From NCBI RefSeq assembly GCF_006345805.1, contig NC_043012.1:21452001-21516000 (forward strand): a stretch of 64,000 bases of DNA, read 5' to 3'. Below the pieces are notes generated by a model, which ran no database searches, was not told where the DNA came from, and saw only the letters and a program-made list of their open reading frames with translations. This DNA is from Octopus sinensis. Its lineage: Eukaryota. A program made the translations under genes and the position numbers. Shown here one piece after another: positions 52,045 to 63,956 of this stretch. Position 1 is the first letter of the stretch. The number at the start of each line of letters is the position of its first letter.

Positions 52045-52595
52045 ATAATAAATGCACTGATGCAGTTCCAGGCAGTGGCTCTCATGGATTTTGATCTTAA
52101 ATGAGTGGAAGTGTTATCATGTACATTGTTTTGTCTTGGTGTAAAAGATAGGCTACAGCAAATATTTTGCTCAATATCACAGATTTGCTTGTCAGTTGTT
52201 TGACCTTAACCAGTTGAGCATGTCCCTTGGTGGCTGATGATATGTGCATCTCTGATCATGAGTAGAAGTAGTAGGGGAGCATCATTGCCATGTGTTGAAA
52301 GGAATTCTTGGGGGGTTTTCAATGATTTACCTTTGGAAACATGAGTTTCATTCATCATCCTTAAACTTTATTCAGGGACCTTTTGAGCAGGATGGGATAC
52401 TCAACCTGAAGAAATTTCTAACTGGGCCTCATGCTCTGTTTATCTTCATATGAGACCCCCATGTCGCGCACATATGGTTGTGATGCATGTGCCTGGTGTA
52501 CCCTTATGAGACGGGTAGTCGTGATAGGTATACTGAGTTTCGTATAACTGCACCCCAGTCTCACTTTGATGGCATGTGCAGCTCTCCCACTCAAT
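52045..52595. mobile_element. Unclassified ~550-bp insertion flanked on both sides by (AAT)n
   Basis: (AAT)n at 52025-52050 and 52593-52610. Single copy in the window, no ORF; may be a microsatellite-targeting LINE end (inference). Confidence 0.35.
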
Positions 52596-53849
52596 AATAA
52601 TAATAAATAAAAATAAATTCAAGTCTTACCTTGCCAATGACTTATCTACCTCTCTAGAGTCAGTGCCATGATAAAATGTGGCCAGGACACTCAATAAAAT
52701 GGTCAATGACAGGAAGGACATCCAGCCAAGTGAAACATACAAGCGCTAGTACAGGAGAGCAGTGGTTCCCAATATGAAATTACTGTATCGACTCATCCAA
52801 CCCATGCCAGCATGGAAAGCAGACATAAAATGAAAATGATGATGACTAGTATAAGAGAACATTGACCCCTAATAAGAACAGACTTGAACCATCACCACTC
52901 ATCCAGCTTCCATAGTCTTGATGCAATGAGAAAATGCACTTGGTACGTTCTAGAAAAGCAGGGTCAGTAACAGAAAGGACAACAAGGGTCAAATGACACA
53001 TACATTCGTCTATGAAAGTAGTTCTTACCAATATGAAATGGTGAGGATTATATCAACTCATCTAAGCCATGTCAGGATGGAAAGAAGCTACAAATGAACA
53101 TGATGCTGATAACAATGATGATGTTGATTCAAAATATTTTCTATAATGAAGGTAAGCAAAAAGAAATAATAAAAAAATACAGGTTTATTTTTTCAAATAT
53201 TTTACTTTCTCCTTCATTCTCATCCCATTCTTTTTCTCTCTTCCCCATTTTCATTTATTTTGAAAAAAATTAATTCAAAAAAAAAAAAAATTGTAAAACT
53301 GTCCTAAATTTCAGTCAAGTTTTTTTCCTAAAAGGAAGGATACAAAACTGGAAATTCTATATTTTTTAAACAACAATAAAAATAAAGAGAAAAAAACCTT
53401 TTAGAGAGAGAAAGACAGTGTGGTTATTTTTTTTTTATTTTTCATTTTTGTTTTGTTACTTTTTAAGAAATTCAATTTCATACATTTTTTTTTATTATTT
53501 TATTTTATTTTGGGATTGTTTGTTTTTGTATTTTATTTTTTCTCTTCTTCCATCTTTTATGCCTTGCAAGATTTTCCTCTGACACGATATGTCATGTCAA
53601 GATAATATAAGAATCATGGTTTTTTTTTTTCCTTTTAAATTAAAAATAAAATATAAATGAAATGTGTGTGTGTGTATGCATCCATACATGTATGTATGTT
53701 TACATACATATATACACATATATATTTAGATATATATTTATACATATAAATATCATCACCATCATGTAATATATATACATTTATATACATATATATATAT
53801 TTATACAAACATATATACAGACATATATACATACATACACATATATACA

Positions 53850-54275
53850 CACATACCTATATATATATTATATATATAATATATATATATATATATTATA
53901 TATATATATATTATATACATATATATAAATTATATATATAATTATGTATATATATTATATATATAATATATATAATATATATATATAATTATGTATATAT
54001 ATTTATATACATATATATAAATTATATATATAATTATGTATATATATTTATATACATATATATATAATTATATATATAATTATGTATATATATTTATATA
54101 CTATATATATATAATATATATATATGTATATATACTTATATACATATATATAAATTATATATATAATTATGTATATATATTTATATACATATATATAAAT
54201 TATATATATAATTATGTATATATATTTATATACATATATATATATTATATATATAATTATGTATATATATTTATA

Positions 54276-54320
<45 letters not shown>
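53850..54320. repeat. AT-only compound minisatellite (~43-bp unit) just downstream of the UBE2J1 stop
   Basis: Recurring atttatatacatatatataaattatatatataattatgtatat unit. Confidence 0.85.
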
Positions 54321-54321
<1 letters not shown>

Positions 54322-54487
54322 GCATGCCTGTATCTGTATATTTACCCCCATCACCACTTCAAATAACGGAGAGTGGAATCTGGTCTAAAAAGACAATTGA
54401 CGACGATAGTGGGGGGTACTCGAGTTGGGGTCACTCAAGTTTCAGTGCAATCGAAATAGTTTGCTAAATGTGGAGATTCTCACGTGT

Positions 54488-55789
54488 CTACTGCATATAA
54501 TCTGAATATGGTAAATGGTCTACGCTGACATAAAGACGGCGCAAACACAGCAAAAGGATCATTGCTCCTAGCATGACCATCAGGACGAAGCTGGCCGTAC
54601 CCCTTGAAGACGGTCTCTGCGTGGTAGCGTTTGGCGGTGAAGCTACGTCTGCAGTCTCCATCTGTGGAGCTGCTGATGTTGTTGTTGTTGTAGTGGCGGA
54701 TGTGTTTGTATTAGACGTGTTTGCTGGTGTTGTTGTTGTTGTTGTAGTTGTTGTTGTCGTCGTTGATGACAGTGATGTTTCTGATGACGACGAAGGTGTC
54801 GTAACAGCAGACGTCGTACGATGCCGAAGTGTAGTTCCAGGTGAAGTCGTGCTTTGTGTGGCAGAAGCATGGGGAGGAGAAGAAGAGGAAGGTGAAGGAC
54901 AGGCTACAACATCCACATCATTCCTGCCAGCCGTGACGGTCTCTACATTTGGCGATGTGTTGTCTGACACATTATCTGAGACTCGCTGTGATGACGTCGA
55001 CGGGGCGGGAACTGAAAGATCTTGGGTGCTAGCAGAATCTGTACTGTCCTGGGATACGCCTCCAGTGGCATTGAGTAATGATTTATTAGTAGTAGCAGTA
55101 GTGGTTGTAGTAGTGGTGGTTGTGGTGGACGGATTAGTAGAAGTTGGTTTGGATGCAGAAGATGAAGTCAGCTGTTTCGACTGAGAAGCTGCTGTTGAAC
55201 TGGTAGAGCTGGATGTTACAGTAGCAGGGCTTGAAACAGGAGCAGAGGTCGTGACACTTGCACTTGTCGCAGACACGGCAGCGGGCATAGTTGGAAAACC
55301 GGGCATGAAAGGGAAAGAAAATGGCATAGCATTCGCAGCGGAAGCGTTTGAGTTGTCGGCGACACCAGGCTGGGGGAAGGCATAATTAGCGGGAAACATT
55401 GGGGGTAAAAATGGATTTGGAAACGGGGGCATCATTCGACAGTTTGGCATGGAATTGACATTTGGGTCCATACTGGTGGGAGGATATGGAAATCTGAAAT
55501 GGTAAGGAAACTGCCCGGTCATCGGAGCAAAGAAAGGAGATGACTGAGGAAACATCCCTGGCATGCTGCCCATGTTTAAGGGTGAAGGGTAGTTCATGTT
55601 GGGTGGCATCATCCAGGCTGGGGTAGATGTTGTTGCTGCTGCTGCTGCTGCAGTGGCTGCACCTGCTGCTGTGGCACCTCCTCCTCCTTCTGCTCCTGCT
55701 ACTGTACTGCTACCAGTAAACCCAGCGTTAGACGATGTGGTTGCAGCCGTAGAAGCCTTATCAGAGCCAGATTTACTTCCCTTCTCACT
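54488..55789 (-). CDS. UBE2J1: UBE2J1 terminal coding exon (433 aa: disordered linker, C-terminal TM anchor, short luminal tail)
   Basis: Pyrimidine tract and cag| acceptor at 55792-55790, phase 0, open to TAG at 54490-54488. C-terminus ASFVLMVMLGAMILLLCLRRLYVSVDHLPYSDYMQ resembles the human TM followed by RRIY. The ORF-track GTG start at 55804 is intronic. Confidence 0.9.
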   Translation of the reverse strand, partial: SEKGSKSGSDKASTAATTSSNAGFTGSSTVAGAEGGGGATAAGAATAAAAAATTSTPAWMMPPNMNYPSPLNMGSMPGMFPQSSPFFAPMTGQFPYHFRFPYPPTSMDPNVNSMPNCRMMPPFPNPFLPPMFPANYAFPQPGVADNSNASAANAMPFSFPFMPGFPTMPAAVSATSASVTTSAPVSSPATVTSSSTSSTAASQSKQLTSSSASKPTSTNPSTTTTTTTTTTATTNKSLLNATGGVSQDSTDSASTQDLSVPAPSTSSQRVSDNVSDNTSPNVETVTAGRNDVDVVACPSPSSSSPPHASATQSTTSPGTTLRHRTTSAVTTPSSSSETSLSSTTTTTTTTTTTTPANTSNTNTSATTTTTTSAAPQMETADVASPPNATTQRPSSRGTASFVLMVMLGAMILLLCLRRLYVSVDHLPYSDYMQ

Positions 55790-55895
55790 CTGTTCCAAGA
55801 ACACGGAAAAAGAAAAAGCAGAAAGAACATATATGAGTCTGTGGATTAAATTTCAAAATCAAAACAAAAAGAAATTTTAAACATATTTTAAACAT

Positions 55896-56290
55896 GGCGC
55901 AGGAGTGGCTGTGTGGCAAGTAGCTTGCTTACCAACCACATGGTTCTGGGTTCAGTCCCACTGCGTGGCACCTTGGGCAAGTGTCTTCTTCTACTATAAG
56001 CCTCGGGCCGACCAAAGCCTTGTGAGTGGATTTGGTAGACGGAAACTGAAAGAAGCCCGTCGTCTATATGTATATATATATGTGTGTGTGTGCGTGTGTG
56101 TTTGTCCCCCTAGCATTGCTTGACAACCGATGCTGGTGTGTTTACGTCCCCGTCACTTAGCGGTTCGGCGATAGAAACCGATTGAATAAGTACTGGGCTT
56201 ACGAAAGAATAAGTCCCGGGGTCGATTTGCTCGACTAAAGGCGATGCTCCTGCATGGCCGCAGTCAAATGACTGAAACAAGTAAAAGAGA
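55896..56290 (+). mobile_element. SINE family A, full length, in the last UBE2J1 intron (antisense)
   Basis: Identity to the other copies. Confidence 0.92.
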
Positions 56291-56497
56291 AAGAGAATAT
56301 TCTTTTAAATTTTAAAAATATCAAAAGAAAAACCAGATTTTCAAGCATCTAAGAATTAAAGTCATTAAAAGTATTCTTTTTTCTTTTCAATATCAATTTT
56401 AAATCAATGTTGAAACTATTATTGAAAATTGAATAAATTCTCTATTTCTTAACAGCTATACAAGTTCTAGAGGCAAAGGAATTGCTGTTGGGTGCAT

Positions 56498-56990
56498 ACA
56501 TATGAAGTCTAATCAAAAAGTATCAGGACTGTTGCTATGGTAATGGAGCTAAAGTATGCAAAATGAAGCCACTTGGCACAGACTGACCTCAAACTCTGTC
56601 TTGCATGCACACTAAGTTTATAACGTTCTCACGTGCTTCCATTGTTTATAGCAGTGCTTGGAAGTAAAGTGTGTAGAGTGTGGTCATCTCAAAAAGGAGA
56701 TCAGGTTTCAGGTGTGCAGGATTTCTTGGATTGTTTCGAGGAAGACAAAAACGGTGTAAACAGGTGAAGAATTGTGGGTCTATGCCTACAACCCCGACAC
56801 CAAGGCAAGAATCAAATTCCTCTTGAAAGGAACAAACGTTCAAGACGCCAAGAAAATCCAAGTGAGTGTGACAAGGCAGCTGTTCAGTATTTTGCAAAAG
56901 GAGTTCCAGGATTCCTTCCATCAATGGACACATTGGTGGATGAAGAGTGTGGCTTCAGAAGAGGATTATTTCAAAGGTAATTAAATGCCT
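56498..56990 (+). pseudogene. Internally deleted mariner remnant in a UBE2J1 intron
   Basis: WVYAYNPDTK (GDETWVY.YDPETK-like) fused to the C-terminus LKGTNVQDAKKIQ..VT..L..I..KEFQDSFHQW..WWMKSVASEEDYFKG. Confidence 0.75.
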
Positions 56991-57010
56991 GAATTGGCAT
57001 GTGTATGGAG

Positions 57011-57044
<34 letters not shown>

Positions 57045-57444
57045 TTAAACAGCCCTATTTAAACAGTGGATAACAAACTCTAAAATATCAGTTTAAAAAC
57101 TGCTTTTAAGTGAAGAACTCACATCAGAGTAAGCTTTTGTAAACGCTTCATTATCTTATAAACATCTAATTATTAAAGAGGAAAAATTATCAGGAAAACC
57201 ATTTCTATTAATTTTTTTTCGAATATACATACATACATATATATATATATACATACAAGCATATGCACACACAACCATGTGTGCAAAAACTTACAGATTT
57301 TAATGGTAAATTTATAAACAAAATTACACAAATGTATATATAATGATCTTTTTCCTCTCACTCATGTTCTCTCCAACTTCATTGTCTGTTAAAACTGATG
57401 TCTAAATTATTTCATCTCTAAAGAATTCTATCATCTTATGTTCA

Positions 57445-57664
57445 CCCTTTCGTTACCAACATGGCTGAAACCAGCTCTGGTTCTGAGTACAAATATCTTG
57501 TTTTCATAAGTTTTGAATTAAAATCTTCCATCAAACCTTAGTCACAATTTATGTTCCTAACACTAGCTGAATGATGACTAGGTTATTTTTCTAAATTCTT
57601 TGTTATATTTAAAGTAATTGAAAGAAGCACAGAGCTTCTCAAAATAAATACAGTAACGAAAGGG
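57445..57664. mobile_element. piggyBac-type MITE
   Basis: Perfect 12-bp TIR CCCTTTCGTTAC / GTAACGAAAGGG, with TTAA on the right and TTCA on the left. Confidence 0.8.
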
Positions 57665-59117
57665 TTAAACAGAGAAGTTTAAAGAAATTATTCTGCAGTG
57701 GGGAAGTGAAACCAATTTCCTACGCCCAGCATTGTCAGTTGAGTCTTATTAAAGGTTCAGTTCTGCTGTGTGGTTCTTTGGGCAAGTGTCTTCTGCTATA
57801 GCTTCAAATGCCTTGTAAGTGAATTTTGATGGAAACTGTATAGAAGTCCATCATATCTTTTGTGTGTGTTCCTCATAACTGCTTGACAACAGGTGCTGGT
57901 TTAAGTCCCCGTAACTTAGTGGTCTGGCAAAAGAGACTGATAGAATGAGTTCTACACTTCAAAAGTAAGTACTGGACTAAACTCATCATAGCAGTGCCCC
58001 TGCATGGCCCACATTCCAATGAATGAAACAAGCTAACGATAAGGGATCATCTAGTACCAGATTATTACAGTAAATCCATAAACAAGACGTTGTAGGAAAG
58101 AACAGTTGAGGCTGGTACTTATTTCATAGATTTTAGAAAGATAAAAGACAAAATCGATTCTATGTAGATTGGACCTGCAGAGAACTCAATACTACAATAC
58201 AGTTTACTTAGCATTCTACCAATTCTATTGTGAGTTGTTGTTGAATTTGTAAAATAAATCTATCAAGTCACCAAATGCATTCGTGCAAGAATCGTCTTAC
58301 TAGCAAAGAGTTATCTCCCATGAATATTTTCGCTAGTTTAGCATAAATTTGTTGGAGAGAGCAGGGGTTGTAGAAGAGATCGGTCAGAACAGCAGACAAG
58401 CAAACAGAAGGTCAGTGGTTCGTATCTTGTCAACAGTGCCATGTTAAGAGTCACCCAAGTGAGTGATATATTTCACCTCTGAATGTTGTGTGCCATGGAA
58501 AAAACTGAGAAGTTTAATCCAACCCCAGAATCAAGTTTTGTCCCTATCCCTCCCCAAATTCCTTCATTTCCCAGCAAAAGTTGCTGTCTGTAACGACCAA
58601 AGACGATAGAACTGCTTTCTCTCTGCTAAACATCCAGAGACAAATACTAGGCCTGCAGAGTCATATATTTTATCGATTGTTTTTTATTTGTTTTATTCAC
58701 AGAAAAAGTACCCCAAGCCAGTAACATGTAAAGGGCACCACTACACTCTCAGAGTGGTTGGCATTAGGAACGGCCATACAGACAAAGAAACCAAACCAGA
58801 CCAGACCAGACTGGTGCCTGGTCCAGCCGTCCAGCTTACCAGTTCCAACCAACACGTCTAACCCATGCCAGCATGAAAAACGGATGCTAAATGAGAATGA
58901 TCGTCCCAGATTTATAGTAGAGGACACTTGCTTAAGGTGTCACATAATAGATCTGAACCTGGAACCATGTGGTTGGGAACACATGGTTCTTACCACACAG
59001 CCATACCTAAAAAAACACTCCTTCTAAATATTGAAAATAACATTGCATGTAATTAATCTTTCCTGAATAACACACACACACACACACATGAAGTGGAAAC
59101 ATGAATATATTTCTCAC

Positions 59118-59238
59118 CTGAAAATTAATCTTTGAAGCTAAATCTTTAGCTTCTTCACTGGTTTTCTTGGAAGCATCAGTTAAGGATTTCAACACATTAT
59201 TTACAGAACCACACACAGGACATTTCCAGCACAGGGAC
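59118..59238 (-). CDS. UBE2J1: UBE2J1 internal coding exon, 121 nt
   Basis: Acceptor cgctgcag| and donor |gtgaga. One nt completes AAG, followed by 40 codons SLCWKCPVCGSVNNVLKSLTDASKKTSEEAKDLASKINFQ. Matches human SQDFCCEGCGS...EAKELARQISFK (recalled). Confidence 0.93.
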
Positions 59239-59874
59239 CTGCAGCGACGAAATCATTTTTAAAGAAATGCAAACTTTACATAATAATCACCAAAATTCCA
59301 TTCCCTGCACAAACTACTAACCCCTTTTATGTCCCTTGGTTACCCTAAGAGGTCCCACTCTATCTTGTAAATATAGCACCTGAATTACACTTTAATGATC
59401 TAAAGAAGGAATAATGGGGCCCTAAATACATTGCATTTGGTAAAAGGGTGGAATGGTCACCTCTGACACAGTGAACGAGAGAAGTACCCTGTTGACAAAA
59501 GGGCAGCCAAGTTTTCCTTAGACCATAACTAACCACCTTAAAAGATAAAGAGTACATTAAATAATGTTGTTCTCATTGGATGGCTATGGCTGGAGAGGCC
59601 TTGACTTTCTTTTATCTTTTACTTGTCTCAGTCACTGAACTGTGACCATGCAACAGCATCGCCTTGACCTGATTGCTCCATCAGGATTAAGCGGCAACAA
59701 GAAAAAGTTGAAAAATCGGATGTGAATAACAATTATTTAATTAATAAATTAACATTGGACACCAGTGTGTCAAAGAACAGACCCAACGTTTCTTCTGAGT
59801 CTCACAAAAGGGGACTAAACAAGGTTGAGATAGGATTCGACTTCTGACCTTGTAAAATCCTCACCAACAATGAC

Positions 59875-60252
59875 TCATCATCATCATTGTTCGACCGTGG
59901 TCGAGACAATGGAATTTACTATGTTACGCCAGACTTCACGGTCCATCATAGCATTACGGAGGTCCTGTTGCTGGATGCCTGTATCCCTGGAGATTACATC
60001 AGGGTAGGAGAGTGTGCGCCCTCTAGTATTGCGAGTAGATGGCTTCCAGAGGAGGAGAGTAGAAATTACTTCTTTTTCAGCTCTACAACAATGTCCAGCA
60101 AACTGGACTCTCCTACCTTTCACAAGAGATGACACAGGTGGTAGTTTCCCATATATTTGCATTTTGGTTGGATGGCGCTTCCACGAGAGATTTTGAGCTC
60201 TCATAAGGAGGTGAGTGTAGGTTCCATCCAACCGCCTCTCAAGCTTCTTCAA
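59875..60252 (-). pseudogene. RTE/RTEX-type LINE 3' fragment in a UBE2J1 intron
   Basis: LDGTYTHLLMRAQNLSW...RRVQFAGHC...LLWKP...RTLSYPDVISRDTG...MMDREVWR with a (TGA)n tail. Confidence 0.82.
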
Positions 60253-60670
60253 TGACTACCCGAACAGACCCTTGGGTTGGTGGGTTGCCACCTGAGTTGT
60301 GCGAGTCATCCACCAGAAATAAGGAATCACCATCAAATGGTGGATGTAGCAACACATGATTACAGTGCATGTCCCCTTACTACTACTACTTATTAAAAAG
60401 CAAATTTATCCTACAATTATCTACAATTGCTGCACCATAACCATTATCATTAATTACTATATGCCCTCAAGTAAAATTCGGAAACTTTTCTAGGTGTCAA
60501 CCATAGTTTTTTGCAAATAAATAAATGTTTGCTGAGAATAGGGCGATGGATCACTCTGTTATTAAATCTTTTAAAAAAACTTGGATTACCCGCGTCCTCT
60601 TCGAGTTACTTCCCCTTTATAAAAAAAAGAGTCAAGAAAGACCTAGAGTAACTTCCCCTTGACAACTTAC

Positions 60671-60776
60671 TTTTTAGAAAGTACTTTCCGTTCATCAGTT
60701 GTGTAATCAAGGGATCCAATAGCACCAGCCCCATGAGTAGGCATAAATCCTATTATGGCTAACAATGCAGTACGAA
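60671..60776 (-). CDS. UBE2J1: UBE2J1 internal coding exon (end of UBC domain), 106 nt
   Basis: Not in the ORF track. Acceptor ctcttttccag| and donor |gtaagt. Translates as (x)RTALLAIIGFMPTHGAGAIGSLDYTTDERKVLSK(K), nearly identical to human UBE2J1 IRTALLAIIGFMPTKGEGAIGSLDYTPEERRALAKK (recalled from memory). Ends in phase 2, matching the next exon. Confidence 0.95.
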
Positions 60777-61368
60777 CTGGAAAAGAGATAAACAAATGCA
60801 AACGTGTAAGGCTGAGTATTTCTGAAAGGCCGCAGGAAAGTCAATAAAATCAAGATTCCATTAGCTAATCTTTCATCTTTTCTCTTTTATTTGTGTCAGT
60901 CACTGGAGTCGGGGGTTCGGTTGAACATATTGATCCCAGTACGTACGTACGTACATACATACATAATATATGTATGTATGTATGTATATATATATATATA
61001 TATATATATAACTTTTTAATACTTTTTGATATATATATATAATAATAATAATAATAATAAATAAATATTTTTAAATATATATATACATATATAAAAATTT
61101 ATAAATATAAATTAATAATTTTAATTTTAAATTTAAATAATTTTAATTTTTAATTTTTAATTTTATATATTTTGTATATTATATTAATTATTTTTATTTT
61201 TATGTTTTGGTTTATGTTTTTCACTGTTTGATTTGCATAATAGTGGTCTTATCTCTAATTTAATTTATATGTATATGTATATATATACATCTATATAGAT
61301 ATACCTATTACCTATATAGATTATATGTATTCCATACATACATATATACTTATACATCTACACATAAG

Positions 61369-61400
<32 letters not shown>

Positions 61401-61415
61401 GTGTGTATATATATA

Positions 61416-61448
<33 letters not shown>

Positions 61449-61657
61449 AATGAAGTATAGGAAAGGAAAAATTGTAAATGTAGACAAACTTAAAACAATT
61501 CATAATCCAAGTTGGTATAGAACCAATGTACATTCTACAAATTGTTTCAGAGTCTAATAAATTCCAAACACATAAACGAAAAACTCTTCATAAGATAAAA
61601 ATTAGATTCTTTGTCAGGAATTTACTGGTATGAATAATTATGACCAACAAAACTATA

Positions 61658-61888
61658 CAGGGGACAGCAGAAATTTTGCCCCAATTTCAAAGGTTAATAA
61701 ACATGAAGATGCATGAAAAAGTTTTGTATTTCTATGAAGTTCATTAAATACCATTTTTTTTTTTTTTTTTAGTTTCAGGTAGTATCCACCATGGCCTGGG
61801 GGTGGAGAGCATCGTTTTTTTCTTGTATCTTCATGTGTTTGTTTTTTATTAACCTTTGAAATTTGGGCAACCTTTCTGCTGCACCCTG
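61658..61888. mobile_element. Tc1/mariner-type MITE
   Basis: ~45-bp imperfect TIRs (caggg..cagcagaaa..ttgccc.aatttcaaaggttaataaa) flanked by TA. Confidence 0.8.
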
Positions 61889-62394
61889 TATACGTGCACA
61901 CACACGCACATTGGGGTCATTCAGCTGTCAACACCTGAACCAAAACCATACAAGTGGTCCCAGCAGCCAACTCAAAAGAAAATACTTAACTGTAAAAAGT
62001 TAAATATTTTTTTGTTCTTTGAATGGTTTCTGTCAATGGATTGTGACCATACCAAGAAGAACCGCCATCAACGGTTTCAATCAATTCTACTGACCCCAGT
62101 ACTTCAGTATACATTTTATCAACATCGGAAAGGTGAAAGTAAAATTACCATCAGTGTAAAAAGATGTAACTGAATACAAAAAAGTATTTTTATTCTACAT
62201 TCTTCCAAATCTGTCATGCAGCAATGAGGATTCAGTTGTTTGACTTCGACTGAATTATCTGCTCCTGAATTAATATGTAAGTATACCCTTAATGTAATTC
62301 ACAAGCAGAATCTTTGTGACGAGGTTTGTGACAAGGCTGTACCTTTTACATTATGGACACAATCCAAGCAATAGGCTCAATACAGGTTCTCAAT

Positions 62395-62800
62395 TTTACT
62401 CACAAAGTATGGGTCAACCCAGAGCTATAGTAAATGACATTTGCCCAAAATGCCATGCAGCAGGATCATGTGGTTGCTTCCCAACCACATGGTTCCAGGC
62501 TCAGTCCCACTGCATGGCACCTTGAGCAAGTGCCTTCTACTATAGCTCCAGGCCAACCAAAGCCTTGTGAGTGGATTAGGCAGATGGAAACTGAAAGAAG
62601 CCCAGTGCGTGCATCCTTCTTGACAACTGGAATCAGTTTGTTTATGTCTCCCATCTCTTAGCAGTTCGGTAATAAGGGACCAATAGAATAAGCCCCAGGC
62701 TTAGAAAGCTAAGGCCTGCAGTTGATTTGTTTGACTAAAACCCTTCAAGGTGGTGCCCCAGCATGGGCGCTATCCAATGACTGAAACAAGTAAAACACAC
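62395..62800. mobile_element. Diverged SINE-A with head-to-head fold-back
   Basis: A minus-strand segment (62395-62476) switches at catgtggttg-cttcc-caaccacatg to a plus-strand copy. Confidence 0.75.
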
Positions 62801-63144
62801 ACACACAAAAAAAAAATACAAACATCTGATACACTTCCACACAGTTTCTGTCTCCCAGACATCTCTGATGGCTTTGTTTGTGGCAAAATCAGATCAGATC
62901 AGATCAAATGTGAAGTGAACTTATTAGGCTGGCATTAGGTGTGCCTCTTACTTCTTTCAGGCCATGCTGGGGCAACACTTTGAAAAGTTTAGTCAAGCAA
63001 ATCAATACGAGTACTTATTTTTTTTTTAAAGTTTGGTATTTATTGTCATACCACAAAGTTATAAGGTCATAGACAAACCAACACTGGATGCCAAGCAGCA
63101 GTAGGGAACACATAAACACACACACACACAGATATATATACTCT

Positions 63145-63552
63145 CTTTTTACTCTTTTACTTGTTTCAGTCATTTGACTGCGGCCATGCTGGAGCACCGC
63201 CTTTAGTCAAGCAAATCGACCCCGGGACTTATTCTTTGCAAGCCCAGTACTTATTCTATCGGTCTCTTTTGTCGAACCGCTAAGTGACGGGGACGTAAAC
63301 ACACCAGCATCGGTTGTCAAGCAATGCAAGGGGGACAAACACAGACACACAAACATACACACACATACATATATATATATACATATATAAGACAGGCTTC
63401 TTTCAGTTTCCGTCTACCAAATCCACTCACAAGGCATTGGTCGGCCCGAGGCTCTAGCAGAAGACACTTGCCCAAGATGCCACGCAGTGGGACTGAACCG
63501 GGAACCATGTGGTTGGTAAGCAAGCTACTTACCACACAGCCACTCCTGCGCC
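63145..63552 (-). mobile_element. SINE family A, full length, in a UBE2J1 intron
   Basis: Identity to the other copies. Confidence 0.92.
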
Positions 63553-63956
63553 TACCTGTATATGTATATATATCGTGACAAAGTTACAGTATTTGCTAAC
63601 AGACTAGGGATATTAATTAACAAATGGAAATATAAGTTGACATTGTTAAGATTAACAATTCAGAGAAAAGACATTTATTAATAGAGTAGCTGAGCAGTAT
63701 TAATTAAAAGATTAAGAGATATTAATCAACAAATATAGTGGCACTGTTAATCAATAAGGTAAAAGTATTATGCAAATTAATTTAACAGAGAATGGGAGGA
63801 GTGTAATATTATAATTCCCCATCATGGAGTTGCCACATCTGGGAAGATGGGAGTAGAAGTGAGGGTGGGTGTGTGTGTGGATTACTTTGAATTTGCTTGC
63901 AGCATATAAATTTTGTCAGTTTCCTCATTGCTTGCATGTCTTGCTCTGCGACCATG

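Noticed and set aside
54573-55184. 203-aa plus-strand Val-rich ORF
   Set aside because: Antisense shadow of the Thr/Ser-rich UBE2J1 exon.
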